The notes under the pieces were generated by a model that saw only the letters and a program-made list of their open reading frames with translations, was not told where the DNA came from and made no database searches. A DNA stretch of 63,439 bases, filler included, from Intoshia linei (taxonomy: Eukaryota > Animalia > Orthonectida), in the NCBI GenBank assembly GCA_001642005.1. It is 12 parts of 12 records of this genome, joined end to end, with 100 filler letters (N's around TTAATTAATTAA, not from the genome) between each part and the next. Parts side by side here need not be neighbours in the genome. Positions count along the whole stretch, not along the records: positions 1 to 10,706 come from LWCA01001244.1; positions 10,807 to 17,173 come from LWCA01001683.1; 10 more parts are not named here. One strand, written 5' to 3'. The translations under genes were made by a program, and so were the position numbers. Below are positions 1-10,949 of this stretch, in pieces (within the stretch, counting starts at the first letter, position 1; every line of letters begins with the position of its first letter).

Positions 1-668
1 TTCACCAAACAATTTTTTGATTTTATATTCAATTTTAATTAATGATGTTATATTCAAGTCAGTTCTAATATAAATGGATAGAACTTCTTTCGATATTTGT
101 CGAAATGGGCGTACTTTCTTTGTTTCTTTTAACCATAATAACCTCTGCAATACATTTATTACTATATGTATTTTCCTATAATTAAAATTAAATGAAATAT
201 AACTTTTTTTCATTGTAAATATTAAAACGTGCACCGCAAGTTCGTTTATGATTATTTTTATAAATTTTTTACGACTATATGCTTAAAAAAATATTTTAAT
301 TCAATTTAAATCTACACGTTTATCAAAAATGAAAAAAAACAAAAAAAGTTGACACCCTAAGTGCAATTGATGCAGTATTATTTGAAAGACTAAGTATTGA
401 CAATATTCACGTGTGGTACTAGAAATTAAAAATTTAATTTTTTTGTAATAATATAAATATTTTAAACATAATTGACAAGAAAATGTAATTGAAATTACCA
501 TACTTGATCCACCTAAAATCAAAATAAATCATACGAATTTTACAATTAATACGTACGAATTGAGTAATACATATTGTCATATAGTACCTAGCCTCCTCGG
601 CTCTGGGCTAGCTGTTTAAATTTGACGTAAAACAGTTATGACTGAAAAATATAAATTTTTTTTATTAG

Positions 669-3457
669 GACCGAATTTACAAAAATTTTATTAAATATAA
701 ATAATTTCACCAGAGAAAGTCCTCAGATGCGGTAAGTTAGGCTCTGGTAGATTGGATGAGAAATAATGATTGAACATGACAATAATTTGGTTGGTTCAAT
801 TTTTTAAATGTATGAAAACCTAAATCAGCTTTTCCCTAATGCCGTTCCGCGGATCAGCAATGGTTCATGAAAATTTTTACTAATTAAAAATAAATTTATT
901 ACGTTTTTATCAACTTTTTGTATGATTGTTTAGCGATTTCGCTTTAATGATCCGCGATAAATTTTTTAATTTATTACTTGTTATTAAAGTGTTGAACCCC
1001 TGACCCCTAAATAGATAAAATATTTATTTATTCATTTGTGATCGATCAAAAGGTGTATATCGCATGGTTGATTGTTTTTGGTGAAATTCATGTTTTAATA
1101 TAACATTTAGATTGAATCGGACCCACACTCATATGTTGTCAATATATTGATAATGGACATACTGTATGGAGATGATAGTCAGGATGTATGACATTTTGTA
1201 GCTTAAATTATTTAACATTTAGCAATTATCAACGATACTAAATATAAAAAAATTGTATTTGGACCAATTGAGTCAAAATTTGGATTACTGGATAAATATA
1301 ATCAATAAACATTTCGTTATGAACGAATATGCTTGCGTAATGATTTCAAAAATTGCATTAAAATTATATTAGGTAAACTGCAAACCTAGCATAAATATGA
1401 GAGATGTTTTAGCACAAAGGGACAAGGAAAGGATTTTTACAAATCAAATATTTATTGGACGCGAGGGGTTACTAAGTTTAACTGAAGATTTAAGAATAGC
1501 CGTAGCAAAAAATTCGGTAATTTTTGAACCACTATTACAGATTGAATAATTTTTTAGGTTGAACCTAATCGTGATTATTGGAAAAAATTTGTTCCACCAC
1601 TTTTGGATACATCAAAAATTGAGATACCTCGTGATATCACCAACTCACGCACGTATACTAATGGAGATATGAAAGGTTTTGTTACCATTATTGATGAAAT
1701 CCAACAATTAAGCATACCTTTCCAGTATATCGAGATAAATACCCATTTTACGAAGGTTATTCGTAGTTTTTATTGCATTCTTGTGTGTGACTTACTATAT
1801 TCATATTTTAGATTTCTATAAATTACAATACTGATATTGTTACGGCAGAAGAGCGACCGTTATTGTTTATACTTGATGATTTGTTGTTTGGATCAGATAT
1901 TTTTGATTCTCGAACCAATACTATCATTGAACACAGTGCGGCTATTAAAGAATTAAATTCTCATCTTTTGACTTACGATTCCGGTATTTTGAGGAATGGA
2001 ATATCTCAATATTTTAATATTGTGTTTACGGTATTGACTTAAACATTTCCGTTACATTTTTAATAGTTTGAGCACTCAAAATTAGAAAATGCTCTTGAGT
2101 GGCTGAGAAAAATCATTGTTGATACGAGATTTACAGCCGATAGAATTTCCATTATTTGTGAAAAACTTGAAAAAGATATTTCTCAGCAGTTTAGAGATGG
2201 TGCGACATTGCTTGATGCTTTATCTGAAAAAGTTTTGTATAATTCAGGTTTTACATTTTGCTGAGATTTTTAATATTTTATAGGTAATTGTTTTGAGTCT
2301 AATATTATTCGACGCAGAGATATCTTACGCACCTTGTTGTCCAATAAAACGAATGAACCTGACAATTATAAGAATGTAATGTATTCATTTTTTTCGTTAA
2401 CCTTTTACAGCTGCTAGATTCAATCAACGTACTAAGAAAAAAAGTGTTTTCCGTCTCCAATTGTTGCGTCAGTATTACATCAAATTACAAATTATTGAAA
2501 ACTCACTGTGAAGAAAGTATTATTGATAAAATATTGCAAACTGTAAATATTGACTCTGTTGATTTGGTATCCCACCAAAAAAGGTATTTTTACGTTTTTA
2601 TTTTTAATTTATTTTTCACTAGATCCATTAATTTCAAATACGACTTAGTGACGGAGAGTCCACTTTGTGATATAGATAGAAATTTAATTTGCGGAGTGGG
2701 TTCCGTTGACAGTGGATATATTTCTATTAGCATACCATCAGAGTTAAAATATGATAGCGACAACATTGCAGCTGCCATGTTATTTGTAGAATACATGATT
2801 CAAATGGAAGGCCCTCTATGGATCCGATTGAGGGGAAAAGGATTTGTGTATAATTACAGGTTTAGCATTTAGAAAAAATTTAATTTTGTTTAGTTTAAGA
2901 GTTTGTCCAGATCAAGGAATTATCAATTTTGCGATTCATGGTGCTTCTCAACCTTTTAATGCATTCTTAGAATCGAAAAAAATATTTGTATTTCAATTTT
3001 GTCCAGTCTAATCTGAATTTAGATGGAATGTTTCGATAATCAATGTAAAGATAATGTATTTAATAATGATAAACTGGTTGCTGCCAAAGGTTCGTTTGTC
3101 TCAAAATTAGTGAAGAGAATGTCAACATCGCTTAATCGCGCAGACGAGCTTCTTGTGAGTTTTATTACAAACAGTAGAAATGATTACAACAAGTTAATTA
3201 TGTTAAACACGAGTTTACAATTTTTAGATGGCTAATCAAATCAGTTGAAAAATTGACTATAAGTGATGTATACAATGCAGGATCAACCCACTTTTCACCT
3301 CTATTTAACCATTCAATTTCAAGAATTACTGTGTGTGTCAATTCTTGTAAAGTTGATAAAATGATTAAAAAAATGAAGGGGTAATTTATTCTTATCTTTG
3401 TTTTTATTTTATACTAGAACTGGAATTACACTCAAAAGATATAATATACCTCAGTAA
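669..3457 (+). CDS. Multi-exon M16 (insulinase)-family zinc peptidase-like protein, C05D11.1-like; 5' end uncertain
   Basis: Spliced exons give IESDPHSYVVNILIMDILYG, RFTADRISIIC and MEGPLWIRLRGKGFVYNY, resembling the C-terminal half of C05D11.1-like M16 proteins. Many ~40-nt GT-AG introns; stop TAA at 3455-3457. The N-terminal HXXEH motif was not found. Confidence 0.7.
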
Positions 3458-3483
3458 TATTTATTTACAATAAATTTTACAGA

Positions 3484-4855
3484 TTAATGTACATTAATGT
3501 TTGTTTCTTTTTTCTGAGCTCTAAAATTAAGTTGTTCAAAGTCGATTCATATTTTACCGATAAATTCCAGTCACTACAGCATGATCTCTTTCATATGGCT
3601 CTAATGTAATTTGTTCGATTGGTTTTATTTTTTCTTCTCGTAATTTCGCTACTTCAGCAGCAAATACTGCTTCAGCTGGTGCTGTGGAATCGACGCAGTT
3701 AGCCTTAAAGTCGGTATTAAAAATAATTATATTGTAATCAAACCTTTATGGATATAACAACATGTCCCCCATTTTTTAAATATTGATGTGCATTTAAAGC
3801 GACTATTCTAGCTTGGTCAGGTTGAGCTACATCTGCGAAAATAACATCTACAATATCTAAACGGAATAATTACATGGCAAATTCATTTCTACCCATAAGC
3901 ATTCTGTATTTAAGAGGGTAACGTGCATCTTCAATAATAGGAACAATATTGTTCCTTTTTTTGGCTACACCTAGCAAATCTCGACCACTTCTGTGTGAAA
4001 ATTCTACTGCGTACACAATACCATTCTATAATTGTGTTAAAATAAAAAATGAATAAAAGTACTTCTCCAACGATATCAGACACATGACTAACTGTAGTTC
4101 CGGAAGCTGCTCCAAGATATAAAACTCTAGCTCCAGGGTGTATATGAATGTCATTTATACCCCCTAAAATGGCTGCAGCCAATTTAGACCTGAAAGGATT
4201 CCAAACACGATATTCGATTTTATCCGTTCCCTTAATATGATAAAAAATAATTTAATAATATATTACCGTTTCTATTTGAATTCTTTTTTCACCGTATACT
4301 ATGTTTCCAGGTGCAAAATTTTTGGTACATAAAACATCTTCCTTTCCTTTACCAATGAAAATACCTGTATAATTAATTTTAGATTAAACATATTTATTCT
4401 AAACCTTTATGTCTGTGAGGCTCCACAATTACTTTTGCTCCTCCTCTAGCACCACCTAGTAGATCAATCATTGTTAAAATATTAAATACCTCTGCCACCA
4501 CCACGTCCTCCAAATCCTCTACTACCGCGACCTCCAAATCCTCTGCCACCACCGCGGCCGCCAAAGCCTCTTCCTCCACGATCACCAAATCCTCTTCCTA
4601 AAATTATTTATATAAGTCAATTTACTTTATACCTCTTCCATTTGAACCGCCTCTACCTCCGCGAAATCCACCTCTTCCTTCACGAGAAAAAGAGGAGCTT
4701 TGTCCTCTCCCACCAAATCCACCTCCATTTCTAGAATTTCCTCTACTTGCTCTTCCAAATCCTATATGTATTATTTAAAAATATATATAATTTCATTTGT
4801 TAATGTTTTATATTCAATAATTTTTAATTGAGTACTAATATCTACCTGGTGCCAT
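3484..4855 (-). CDS. FBL: Fibrillarin (box C/D snoRNP rRNA 2'-O-methyltransferase), multi-exon, complete
   Basis: ATG at 4855; RGG/GAR domain (~4430-4760); [65 protein letters not shown]; ends ...[13 protein letters not shown]. Confidence 0.97.
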
Positions 4856-4887
4856 CAATGTTTGTCAAAATAATAAAATTAAAAGTT

Positions 4888-4893
4888 CACGTG
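4888..4893. promoter_or_regulatory. CACGTG E-box about 33 bp upstream of the fibrillarin ATG
   Basis: Exact CACGTG in a very AT-rich context; fibrillarin is a classic Myc target. Confidence 0.4.
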
Positions 4894-5304
4894 CAAAAAT
4901 TTGAATTTAAAATATTAACGTATAAACTGTTTTGATTAGTCCTTCTCTTTTGAGCGATAATGTATTATCGAACCATAGAATTAAACCTAACTTTGTTTTT
5001 ATTTATGAAACGTTCTAACATCATGTAAATTAAATTTATATCTCGTGTATTATTTCTTTAGTGCAGATTGTTTCTGTTTAAAGTTTATAAGCTGATAATA
5101 ATGATACTTTAATTTTACGCATAATTTCAAGTAATCATATTTTAAATAATCAATATTTTCTTTAAAATTAAGGAAATTTTTAAGTTTTACGTACTGATTT
5201 GAAATTTTGTTGCACTAAAAAAAATTTCAATATTAAATTATCTCAAATTTTTATCTTCAAAAATTAGTATTGTATTATCATCTACAGCTGTAGATATTAC
5301 AAAA

Positions 5305-5431
5305 TAGCTTAACTGGTATGTACTTCGTAGAACCACAGTTATCTCTTTCTAGGTGAACTTTTATAATGGTTACTAGCTTGACTGTTATGTACTTCGTATA
5401 AACAGCATCCTAGATCTGCCTAGTGCGGACA
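5305..5431 (+). repeat. Two tandem copies of the ~60-bp palindromic dispersed element
   Basis: tagcttaactggtatgtacttcgtagaaccacag and ctagcttgactgttatgtacttcgtataaacagcatcctagatctgcctagtgcggaca; related copies at 9234, 25342, 30856 and 41061. Confidence 0.75.
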
Positions 5432-5559
5432 ATTTTATTCTACCAGAAAAATCTATTCACTGTATGTCAATAAGAAAATTATGACAAATGGGTCTTTATA
5501 ATTCAAAAAAAATGGAATTTCATTATTTACATTAATTATTTTTAATTAAAAATTTAAAT

Positions 5560-5790
5560 GTAAATTTTTTGAAATTCTAGGGCTGTTTTCATTAAAAAAA
5601 GAAAGGTAATTTGGGTTTTGGGCCCTGAAGATATAATTTTTTTAAATTTAAATTTATGATTTTAAAATCCATATCAGCGTATCTATTTTATTAAATTCTC
5701 CAACTTGTTTGATTTTCAAAAAAAAGGACAGGGTTTTTGATTAGTAAGATGTGAGTTTAGGAGGTTGAAATTTATTTTGCGAAATGTGGA
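5560..5790. mobile_element. Fragment of the abundant Helitron-like dispersed repeat
   Basis: Shares gaaattctagggctgttttcattaaaaaaa...ggccctgaagatataattttt...tgattttcaaaaaaa with the copies at 18.6k, 52.5k and 60.2k. Confidence 0.75.
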
Positions 5791-5862
5791 TTGTATTAGT
5801 ATTGATACGTGTTTTTATAAATGTAATGTTGTGTGACTATATGGTCACACTGGGAGTATATG

Positions 5863-6693
5863 GAGTAAAACAGTAAAAGGTGAAATATTGTTCTTAAAGG
5901 AAATTATATATAAAAATACCATTCAAAAATTTATTTATAATTTTTTAAAAAACATATAATTTATTGATTCATCATCTAATCGATTTCTTATTTTGGAAAT
6001 GATAATTCCTGAATGACTAAACGTTTGCTCTGAACAGATAATTATCAATGCTATATAAAGTTTTTCTAGATAACCAACTCGATTCATAGAAGTTTCAGAC
6101 ATTTTCATTTCTCTATCAACTATTATTTCAATATTATTACCTTCAGTATTAAATCTTTTATCCATGTTACATTATGTGTTAATTTCCAAATCTAATTGTT
6201 CTGAGGTAGATAATAGTCGATATTCCAAACTTTTTTTATTAATAATAGTATTATTATTAATAGTAATATTAATAATACCTCTAAGGTTCTTATTTTAATA
6301 ACATAATTGTCTAGAGTTTTCTGCAATTTAGTACAACTAGATTCATCAATCTTATCCTTACAATTAGAAATTGCATGTTTTCGTTTTAAGTGGTATAATA
6401 GTTCGCCTGTTTGATTATTAGTATTTAGATAAAATCCGCATAAATTATATTTTACTTTGTTTGATATATTTAATTTTGTGTATAATAATAATAATTCCAT
6501 ACAAATGACGGCATGATAAATATTTTGAGTTATAATCATTTTTATGAAAATTTAAAATGTATGAAAAATTTGACTAAAATCAGATTAAGATTAGAATTAA
6601 ATTTTACTGTTTTACTGAAATCAGTTTACTGAAATTCAGTAAATTATTTTTTACTAGTAATTACTAGTAAAAAAAGTACTACTTTTAACCCTA
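5863..6693 (-). mobile_element. Internally deleted hAT transposon
   Basis: BED-finger remnant (KVKYNLCG...LLYHLKRKH) and hAT dimerization remnant (SEQTFSHSGIIISKIRNRLDDESI); TAGGGTT terminus at 6693; subterminal TTTACTG/TTACTAG repeats. Confidence 0.7.
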
Positions 6694-7272
6694 GTAGAAA
6701 TAAATTTAACGGTTCTAATGAATTGATAATAAAAATAATGACCATTATATTTATTAGGTGGATAATCTCACAAATTGTGATTTGAATAGTAGTTTTATAA
6801 TAGTTTAAGTGTATACTATTCAGTAATCACAATAAATTTAATTTGTAAACAGTACTAATAAGAATAAATTAATACAACCGAGTTGGCAACAGTTAAATTA
6901 CGTTGTACCGAATACAGTCGAGTAAAAAAGATATTATTTAGTTTTCAACAGTTGTACCCACTGAATATACAAAGAAAAAATGAACATTACATACATTTAT
7001 ACATTAAACAATGAAATATTGTATTCTTCTGTAAACACGTTTGTGTAAAATGCACGTGATAACTTGGACATTGTCCATTGAACATTACATGAATTTGCGA
7101 ATTGTAATACTTTCTAAATTACAAATTTTGTACAATAGTGCTATTGTTCATTGCATACATTTGAATCTATACTAATCTATATTTATGCTTTAGAAATAAT
7201 ATATAAATTACAATAAATATTAAATTAAATAAATCTCGATATCTTCATTGAAGGATTATCTTTATTAGAGAC

Positions 7273-8882
7273 ATGATAAAATTTTTTAATTTTTTAGTAG
7301 CCATTAACATTATATCAAAAAATTTTTCATCATTACATTCCGAAATAAATAATCCTTTACTAACAAAAAATCCATTACCAAAAACAAACCAAAACATTGA
7401 TACATATTACCTATCTGTAAACATAACAGAAACGCAAACGGGACAATTGGTCGACTTGTCAAGAAAAACCAATATACGTAACTGCAAATTAAACAAAGAA
7501 TATTTTTCATTATACCATCATTTTTGTACATACCTCATGGGTCATGTTTATTAATTTTAAATGATACGAAAACATTTGATTTTGACACTGGGTTAAATGA
7601 GCAAAAATTTGTGTTTCCTGTGATAGGACACGGTGATGTAATGCCTTCTAGCCAAGAATTTATTTTATTGATGTAAATAATGAAATACCGTATTTTTTAG
7701 AGTCTCAACCGTTACAAATTTCAATTTATAACGATACAATGAATGGTTCAATTATATACCGCCTGAACGCAATAGACAGAGATGCCAATGCACAGATTAT
7801 ATATACCGTAGAAAACGGAATAAATGTAAATATAATAGTAGATACTATTACTGGAATTTTGATAATTCAAAATGGTTATTTTGACAAAGATGTTTACATT
7901 TTGGGAATAACTGCTAGAGATTCGGCCGCTAGTTATATTCAAAAGAGTAGTTTGTTCACTTTACACGTATCAATTATAAAAAGACAGGAAAATGAAAAAC
8001 TCAGAAATTTTACAATTACTATACCAGAAGAATTGGAAATAAATACAAACATATTGAATTTACGTAAATTGAAATATTCTATTCCGATATTTTATGAAAT
8101 TGTAAATAAAGAAAATATGTACATTCCTTCATCCTTGGAGAATGCACTGAAACAAAATGTTGACACGTCTTTAAAATTTAAAATCGATACACTCACGGGA
8201 ATGATTAGTATAAATAATAAAATTAATTATGAAGAGGGAAAAATACACATGTATAAATTTGTCGTAAAAACGAGTGCATTACATTTAAAAAATATCACAT
8301 ATCGATTCACTGTGGTTAATATTAATATTTATGATATCAACGACAACTTTCCACAATTTTATCAATCTTCTTTTAATGTGGAAATTACGGAAAATGTTTA
8401 CATCAACAATAACATTTTTTTGATTAAAGCTTACAATCTAGATAACGGTATTAATGGAGAAATTGATTACATGATAGAGGATGAAAAATTCCATGTAATA
8501 ACAAAATACGAATCTGCCTATGTTTATACCAAAAATATTTTTGATAATGACACAATAAAAAAAACCTTAGTACACTATTAATTTAACGGCACATGATCGT
8601 GGCAATCCTTCAAAAATAGGATATGCATTGATTCACGTTCATATCATCAATGTAAATGACAATGCTCCCGTTTTTAAAAATTTAAGTAATGTCATTTATA
8701 TAAAGAAAAATTTACCAAAATTTTCAGTTTTACATAATGTTACAGCTTATGATCCTAATGGCGATAACGTTAACTTTTCTTTGCAATCCAACCATCAAGA
8801 TTTATTTAATATTGATGGAAACGAAGTCATTACAAATTTAAAAATATTGGAATTTCAGGATGAGTATATCATCGTCGTTAAT
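7273..8882 (+). pseudogene. Cadherin/protocadherin-like extracellular repeats, frameshifted and truncated
   Basis: Cadherin motifs AIDRD, DINDNFPQF, AHDRGNP, NVNDNAPVF and AYDPN lie in different frames (breaks near 7550, 7670 and 8560); hydrophobic N-terminus; cut by a repeat at about 8883. Confidence 0.75.
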
Positions 8883-9190
8883 CTCAGCCTCAAAACTGCA
8901 TACCTTCATGGTTTAAACTTCAAATTAGCCTTTGTTTTAACAACAAAATATGCCCTAAAATTTTTGGTAAACATACATTCTGGGATAGTTTTTAAAATGA
9001 TGAACATTATCATAAATGAAAAGCTAAAAAATATAAATTTCACGATCAAAACTACAGATTACCTTTTTTTTTAAATGAAAACAACCCTAGAATTTAAAAA
9101 AAAATTACAGATGACACAGTTGTATCCTGTTAAGGCACACAAAAAAATCAATCTGAATAAGTAACGCCTTCACGCTCAAAAAAGTACATT
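8883..9190. mobile_element. Helitron-like repeat fragment truncating the cadherin gene
   Basis: Matches the copies at 54.0k, 57.9k and 19.0k (acatacattctgggatagtttttaaaa; ccctagaattt...ttacagatg...gttgtatcctgttaa). Confidence 0.7.
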
Positions 9191-9233
9191 AATATTAATT
9201 TTTTGTATTTTGAAACTATTTTATTTATATTAT

Positions 9234-9296
9234 ACTGAGTAGCTCTGCTGGTTTGTACTATGTACAAACAGCACCTAGCTCTGCCGAGGGCGGACA
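9234..9296 (+). repeat. ~60-bp palindromic dispersed element
   Basis: gctggtttgtac-tat-gtacaaacagcacctagctctgccgagggcggaca. Confidence 0.75.
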
Positions 9297-9819
9297 TATT
9301 TAATTTTAACATTAAATATTAAATTTATTATGACTCAAATCACTTTAACGAACCCATTAAAATAAGGCTGCCAACAATGTATTACCGTACATCATAACTT
9401 CATTTAATTGTTTTTTATTTTTTTCCAGGTGATTTTACACAATTTATATTAATACATATTTTGTATGTAGATACTAATTAAGTTAACTATTTAAAAGCAT
9501 GTCAAATAATATGATAATATATTTGTACACAAACCAACACTAAGTTCTAAATAGGAAAAATCCTATACATTTTATAAAAAAAATTGGATTGTCTACTGAA
9601 AATTTTCCTAAATGTAAATCAGAATGAATACAGTATGATGATTAATCAGGGTTGCAAAATTTCACTTTTAGAAATTTAGTCCTTCAGGGTTAAATCAGAA
9701 ATTATTTGGCGTTCCTCTTATTTCTTTAGAAAAATTAGTATTTTTGAAAAATAGATTTCTACTTTTATGAGTGATATATACATCCAAGAGTCTACTTTTT
9801 ATTCTACCTTTAGCAATGC

Positions 9820-10706
9820 TAAGGTAAGATCGAGAATTTTTTTTATACATTAAAAATAATCAATCAATCAATGACAACAATCTAGAATTTACAAACCAAT
9901 TATAGTCAATGATCATCGAATTCATTGATTTGCCTTTGAATCGGGTCTCAAATGTTTTCAAAGTTTGATGAAAGCGTTCACTATGCATATCATGCTCATC
10001 TGATATAAGTTGAGAAACTGGTAATTGATCATAATGGCATTGCAACAGGTGCACTTTAAAACTCATCAAACAGTCTATTTTAGAATACGAATTAAGCAAA
10101 TATTCTGTATCTTTTAGAATTTGGAAAATTGTCTTTACCTAATTAAAATTTTAGATTTTTATATGAAATTAATAACCTAGTACAAAGTTAACGACATACT
10201 TAAATGATTTCCATGCATTTAATTCATCAGGACATAGACTGTTTTTTAAATGTTTTAAACATACTAAAGTTGTTTGATTTCTGATCCATTTAATACTCCT
10301 GCCAACAATTTCATTTTCGATAAATGTGACAGAGCACTTGTTAAAATAATACGTGGTTGAAAAGGGTCGAGAGATCTCTTTCTTAAACATTTTAAAAACT
10401 GTGAGCATAATCCGATTTTTAAGTGTAATGGAGGTAAAAATATTTTATCAAATTTAATCAGAGCAACTTTCATAACATTATATTGGTTGACTATATGTAC
10501 ATTACGTGTAGTCCACTCACATTTTTGATAATGATTAACTCGATCGGTCGTATTGAAATAACACCAACAACAGGGGTACTTAGTGTTACTCAATTGTATT
10601 CCTGTTAAAATCGTAATCATTTTTAAATCTTCCATTATCATTTAGTTGTATGAATGATATTGAATTCGTAAAAAATTTTTTTTCATGTTATCATATGACT
10701 CCTTCA
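9820..10706 (-). mobile_element. Chapaev-like (CMC superfamily, Transib/RAG1-related) transposase remnant
   Basis: EDLK, TKYPCCWC (C2C), LPPLHLKIG (LH), KVHLLQCH (H4H) and SDEH..ERFHQ spread over frameshifted ORFs. Confidence 0.7.
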
Positions 10707-10806
10707 NNNNNNNNNNNNNNNNNNNNNNNNNNNNNNNNNNNNNNNNNNNNTTAATTAATTAANNNNNNNNNNNNNNNNNNNNNNNNNNNNNNNNNNNNNN
10801 NNNNNN
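10707..10806. other. Artificial contig linker (44N-TTAATTAATTAA-44N); also at 17174, 19449, 27958, 31089, 33701, 43883, 47458, 53107, 58195 and 59527
   Basis: Identical 100-nt spacer carrying stops in all six frames. Confidence 0.98.
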
Positions 10807-10949
10807 ATATATTAAAATTGAGCCATTCTTAATAATTTATTGATGTGAACTGAATTAGCCCTGAACGGCAAGCAAAATCTAAAAAAAATGTAAAATGTTG
10901 ACACCCTACTGTACATCCTATTACAAAAATTTCCAATATAACAAAAATG

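Noticed and set aside
1-522. Minus-strand open frames at the window start
   Set aside because: No recognisable product, and they overlap a transposon-like terminus; a gene call cannot be supported.
588-611. GC-rich ctagcc...ggctag palindrome
   Set aside because: Only a 6-bp stem in a single copy; insufficient support.
4394-4588. Ala/Val/Glu-rich ORF
   Set aside because: Alternative-frame reading of the fibrillarin RGG repeats.
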